In this document: in pieces, positions 59,851 to 64,000 of the stretch
How the letters are laid out: every line of letters begins with the position of its first letter
Numbering within the stretch: the first letter of the stretch is position 1
Assembly: GCF_004010195.1 (NCBI RefSeq)
Contig: NC_057719.1
Span: forward strand, 80,453,868-80,517,867
Direction of reading: 5' to 3'
DNA: 64,000 nt
Origin: Chiloscyllium plagiosum
Taxonomy: Eukaryota
Position numbers and translations under genes: made by a program
The notes under the pieces: generated by a model
Seen by the model: the letters and a program-made list of their open reading frames with translations, nothing else
Databases searched by the model: none
Told to the model about the DNA's origin: nothing

Positions 59851-60954
59851 TAATATGACATTAAATATAACGGCATGTGTGTGAATTTCCTCAGCCATTA
59901 TAGGGGACCGGAATACGCAGCGCGAAGATTGTGTTGGATATAATACTTGTGGAGCTGTGGAATCAAGGCAGTTTGTGCAATTTAATCTGAACATTTTTAT
60001 GCAGGTCTTGAAAATCGAACCTCATTATGTTTTATTGTCATCATATATTTTAAGGTCACTTTAGCAATCAGCAGAGGAAATGTGGGTGATATCTTGTGCT
60101 AGTGACAGGGGTCTCAGCTCCTAGTTGGCAGCTGCGCTTTGAGAATGTCTGCCACTTCCTGTGGCACTTAAGCACTTGATCAGCCAGTGGTGGGTCTTTT
60201 AGCTCAGATGAGTGCAGCAGGATATTGAAACTACTGAGCAGAAAGACATATATTGAAATTAATGACAAATAATTTTGAAGCTGGAAGCAGAAAGAATTTC
60301 AATCAAAATGATAACTGCTTCTTATAAAACAAAGACAGAATAGAACACGAGCATTACGGAATGCACAACTATAATGGAAGAGTTCGTGAAGAGATGATGG
60401 TTTTCCTAATTGTAATGTGAGTGGAAGCAACAACATACATTTATATAGCGCTTTGAACATGTTAAAATGCTCGGGGTGCACAATCAGATAAAATGTGATA
60501 CTGAGCTGACTTCACAAGACAAACCCCTCAATCCTGTGCCTCTGACACAACAACAACCCTCCTCAAATAAACGACCAAAGTTGTACATTTTACTGCAGTA
60601 TTGGGAAGGCTGTGGGTTGTCTCTCATTGAAAGGCACTCAGTGATTGATTGTGGCACTCAGTATTCGGAAAGGTATTGAAAGCCACTTGCTCTTTCTCCT
60701 GAAGCCATCCCACTCAACTGGTCTGGGATCCCTCATTGATTCTGGTCCACTAGTGGAAACATTGCTAGTAATTGACACTGCTCCCAATGTTAGTGATGGC
60801 AATGGAGGATCTGCTGGCCTCGAACTGACCAGCAGCTCTCATGGGGTAGGATTTCCGACCCTGGAGTTCTTAATCCCAGTTAAAGGCCAAATACCCTGGC
60901 TAATTAAGTTCCTGATGGTGAGCTTTCCCAACAAAGTGCATATGTCCCACTAGT

Positions 60955-61800
60955 TATAGAGTCAGAGAGTCATAGAGATGCAGAGCACAGAAACAGACCC
61001 TTCCATCCAACCTGTCCATACCAACCAAATATCCTAAGTTAATCTAAATCCCATTTGTCAGCATTTGGCCTTTAAACTCTTCCTATTTTTATACCCATCC
61101 AGATGTCTTTTAAATGCTGTAACTTTATCAGCCTCCACCACTTCCTCTGATAGCTCATTCCATACATGCACCATGCTCTGCGTGAAAAAGTTGCCCCTTA
61201 GATCTCTTTTAAATCTTTCTCCTCTCACCTTAAACCCGTGCCCTCTAGTTTTGGACTCCCCAAAGACATTGGCTATCCACCCTACACATGTCCCTCATGA
61301 TTTTCTGAACCTAGATAAGGTCACCCTTCAACCTCTGACACTCTAGAGAAAACAGCTCCAGCCTATTCAGCCTCTCCCTATAGCCCAAAGCCTCCAATCC
61401 TGGCAACATCCTTGTAAATCCTTTCTGAACCCTTGCAAGTTTCACAACATCCTTCCGATAGCAGGGAGATCAGAACTGACCGCAATCTTTCAAAAGTGGC
61501 CTAACCAATGTCTTGTACAGCCACAACATAACACTCCAACTGTTACACTCAATGCACTGACCAAGAAAGGAAATCATACCAAACTCCATCTTCACTACTA
61601 TGTCTACCTGTGACTCCCCTTTTAAGGAACTATGAACCTCCACTCCAAGATCTCTTTGTTCAGCAAGATTCCTCAGGACTATTCATTGAATAAGTCCTGC
61701 CCTGATATGCCTTACCAAAATGCAATACCTCATATTTATCTAAAATTTCCATCTGCTACTCCTTGGCCCATCGGCCCATCTGATCAAGTTCTCCAGAACT
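60955..61800 (-). mobile_element. CR1/HER1-type LINE 3' end
   Basis: catagagatgc...cagcctccaccacttcctctg...gtgaaaaagttgcccctt. Confidence 0.93.
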
Positions 61801-61917
61801 TGATGAGGCCATCAACGCAACAATAAATTCCAGGTGACTGCCAAACACAGTCTGGAGTGAGTACAGACTTTACGATCACAGACCCAACAGTACCTCACAC
61901 TCACAGAGTCCTGGGAA

Positions 61918-62262
61918 ATGAACCTGCATTTCCATCGCACCTTTCATGACCTCATGAAGTCCTAAAGCATTTTAAAACCAATGAAGTATTGTGTAAGTGA
62001 CTACACTTACTGTTGTAACGAGAGTGTTGCAGCATCCAATCTATATGCAGTGAACTCGTACAAACAACGATGTTCCAATAATCAGGCAATCTCTTTTATG
62101 TGATGTTGGTCGAACATTAAATACTGGCCAAGATGGTGGGGAGAACTCCACTGCACTTCTGCCACAGGTTGTTTTGTATTCATTTGAGGGAACAGAGGTG
62201 TCCTGGCTCAACCTCTCAACTATATGATCATCACCGTTAACTGTGCAACACTCTCTCACCGT
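61918..62262 (-). mobile_element. Deu-domain SINE, decayed
   Basis: tgcatttccatcgcacctttcatgacctca...ccaatgaagtatt...gtgatgttggtcgaacattaaatactggccaaga. Confidence 0.7.
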
Positions 62263-62394
62263 TATTTTAGTCTTTGTTTAGTTTGTGATTAGATCCACTG
62301 GCCTGATTGCACGTTCCCTTGACTTACTTAAAGAACAGCGACAGATATAATGTCAGTCCCAAGGAACATGGCTGTAATGGTGTAAAATGGCAAA

Positions 62395-62834
62395 TCATAG
62401 AACCAGTGCGGAAGCAGGCTATTCAGCCCATCAAGTCCACACTGACCCTCATAAGGGTGCCTTACCCAGACCTGTGCCCCCTACCCTATCCCTGTAACCC
62501 TGAATTTCCCATGGCAAATCCACCTGACCTGCACATCTTTGGACTGTGGGAGCAGAAAGTGAGGACTGCGGATGCTGGAGATCAGAGCTGAAAAATGTGT
62601 TGCTGGAAAAGCGCAGCAGGTCAGGCAGCATCCAAGGAGCAGGAGAATCGACGTTTCAGGCGTGAGCCCTTCTTCAGGAATGAGGAAAGTGTGCCCAGCA
62701 GGCAGAGCAAACCCACGCAGACACGGGGAGAATGTACAAACTCCACAGGCAGAGCAAACCCACGCAGACACGGGGAGAATGTACGAGGCTGGAATCAAAC
62801 CCAGGTCCCTGGCGCAGTGAGGCAGCAGTGCTAA
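62395..62834 (-). mobile_element. HE1-type V-SINE interrupted by a PLE repeat
   Basis: ctttggactgtggga...aaacccacgcagacacggggagaa...gtgaggcagcagtgctaaccactgagcca. Confidence 0.9.
62553..62703 (-). mobile_element. PLE terminal repeat with hammerhead motif
   Basis: Minus strand attcCTGAAGAagggctcacgcctGAAAcgTCgatt; no TSD seen. Confidence 0.9.
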
Positions 62835-63524
62835 CCACTGAGCCATGATGCCACCTGGCAAGTGATTAGAATTTTGCAGAATCACAGAAGCATTATGGTG
62901 AGGAAGGAGGCCCATCATGTCTTGCCTAGCTCATTAAATGAACATTGTTACCCAGTATCAATCTGCTTTACCCTCACATCCTCGCACGTTATTTTCATCC
63001 AAATAGTCAATCAATACACACTTGAATGTCTCAGTTAGTAGCAAGGGATGAATGGAAAGAAGATATTGTGACACAGCCTTTTAAAGTGCAGCTTGTCTCT
63101 GTACACTCCACTCTTTCATTATCTAGGACTGAGTTCAATTGCTCTCATAATCCATTTGGTTGTGAGTCATTTAGTCCGACTTCATTTGACGCCTGTGTCC
63201 ATCTGTTTACATCAGGAGGAGATTAAGATCCATCCCATCTCGGTTAGAAGTAAATTTTGAAAAGCACTTTAATGGAGAACAGAGGGTCAATTGCAGCACC
63301 AACAACGTGATAAAATTGCTTCAGTCTCAAACAATGATCATCGAAAGGGAGTGAGTCAGTGGCTGGGGATCAGAATTTGTAAAGGAAAAGCAGTTGTGAG
63401 TTCGACTGTATATGAGTCTGAGTGGGTTAATGCTGAAGATTGGCACAAGCATCACCCACCATGATGACAAAGGGGCCTGTGGACAGATCAGCTTTGACTC
63501 TTGACAGCATGAAATCCAGTATCC

Positions 63525-63825
63525 ACAGTCACAGAGTCATAGAGATGTACAGCACGGAAATACCTTCGGTCCACCTTGTCCATGCTGACCAGATATCCTA
63601 AATTAATCTCTTCCCATTTGCCAGCACTTGGCCGATATCCCTCTAAACCCTTCCTATTCATATACCCATCCAGATGCCTTTTAAATGCTGTAACTTTACC
63701 AGCCTCCACCACTTCCTCTGGCAGCTCATTCCATACACGCTCCACACTCTGCGTGCAAATGTTGCCGTTTAGGTCCCTTTTAAATCTTACCCCTCTCACC
63801 TTAAACCTGTGCCCACTAGTTGACT
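63525..63825 (-). mobile_element. CR1/HER1-type LINE 3' end
   Basis: VWNELPEEVVEAG..AFKRHLDGYMNRKGLEGY. Confidence 0.93.
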
Positions 63826-64000
63826 AGAATTCACGGTGAGTGCTTGGAAGACCTAGAGTTTGAAGTTCCCGTCTATAGAAGGCTGACACAGAAATCCAGC
63901 ATCACCCAACAGTTGCGAAAGCAATCTTTGGCTACCGGGAGAAGATGTTGAAGGAACATGACACCAAAAGTGAAATCAAGCTCATGGTCTGCCGTGTGAA
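63826..64000 (+). mobile_element. Decayed RTE-clade LINE fragment
   Basis: IHGECLEDLE...EIQHHPTVAKAIFGYREKMLKEHDTKSEIKLMVCRV resembles the RTE segment EI..R...A..AFGRL...V...TKL.VYRA. Confidence 0.6.

Overview
This is repeat-rich, non-coding vertebrate genomic DNA, most likely from a cartilaginous fish (shark). That call is inferred from HE1-type V-SINEs, Deu-domain (SacSINE1-like) SINEs and HER1/CR1-type LINEs. I found no convincing host protein-coding gene: every recognisable peptide in the ORF track is a transposon fragment (CR1, Rex1/Babar, RTE, Ty3/gypsy, Penelope-like, PIF/Harbinger Myb domain). The most notable structure is a family of Penelope-like element (PLE) terminal repeats. They carry a minimal hammerhead-ribozyme core (CUGA[A/U]GA, stem II, GAAA-CGUC) with stem covariation. 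They occur as short insertions, often fold-back and flanked by 11-15 bp target-site duplications; one is a perfect 67-bp hairpin whose loop is the ribozyme core. Other points of interest are a complex templated rearrangement at 55.7-56.4 kb, an unexplained CpG-rich patch at 39.55-39.81 kb, TIR-bounded Harbinger relics, a solo LTR with a 4-bp TSD, and repeat-free islands that look like enhancers, one with Pbx-Hox plus Meis motifs. Three assembly gaps all lie inside young repeats. Family names come from recalled consensus motifs, not from database searches, and boundaries of decayed repeats are approximate.
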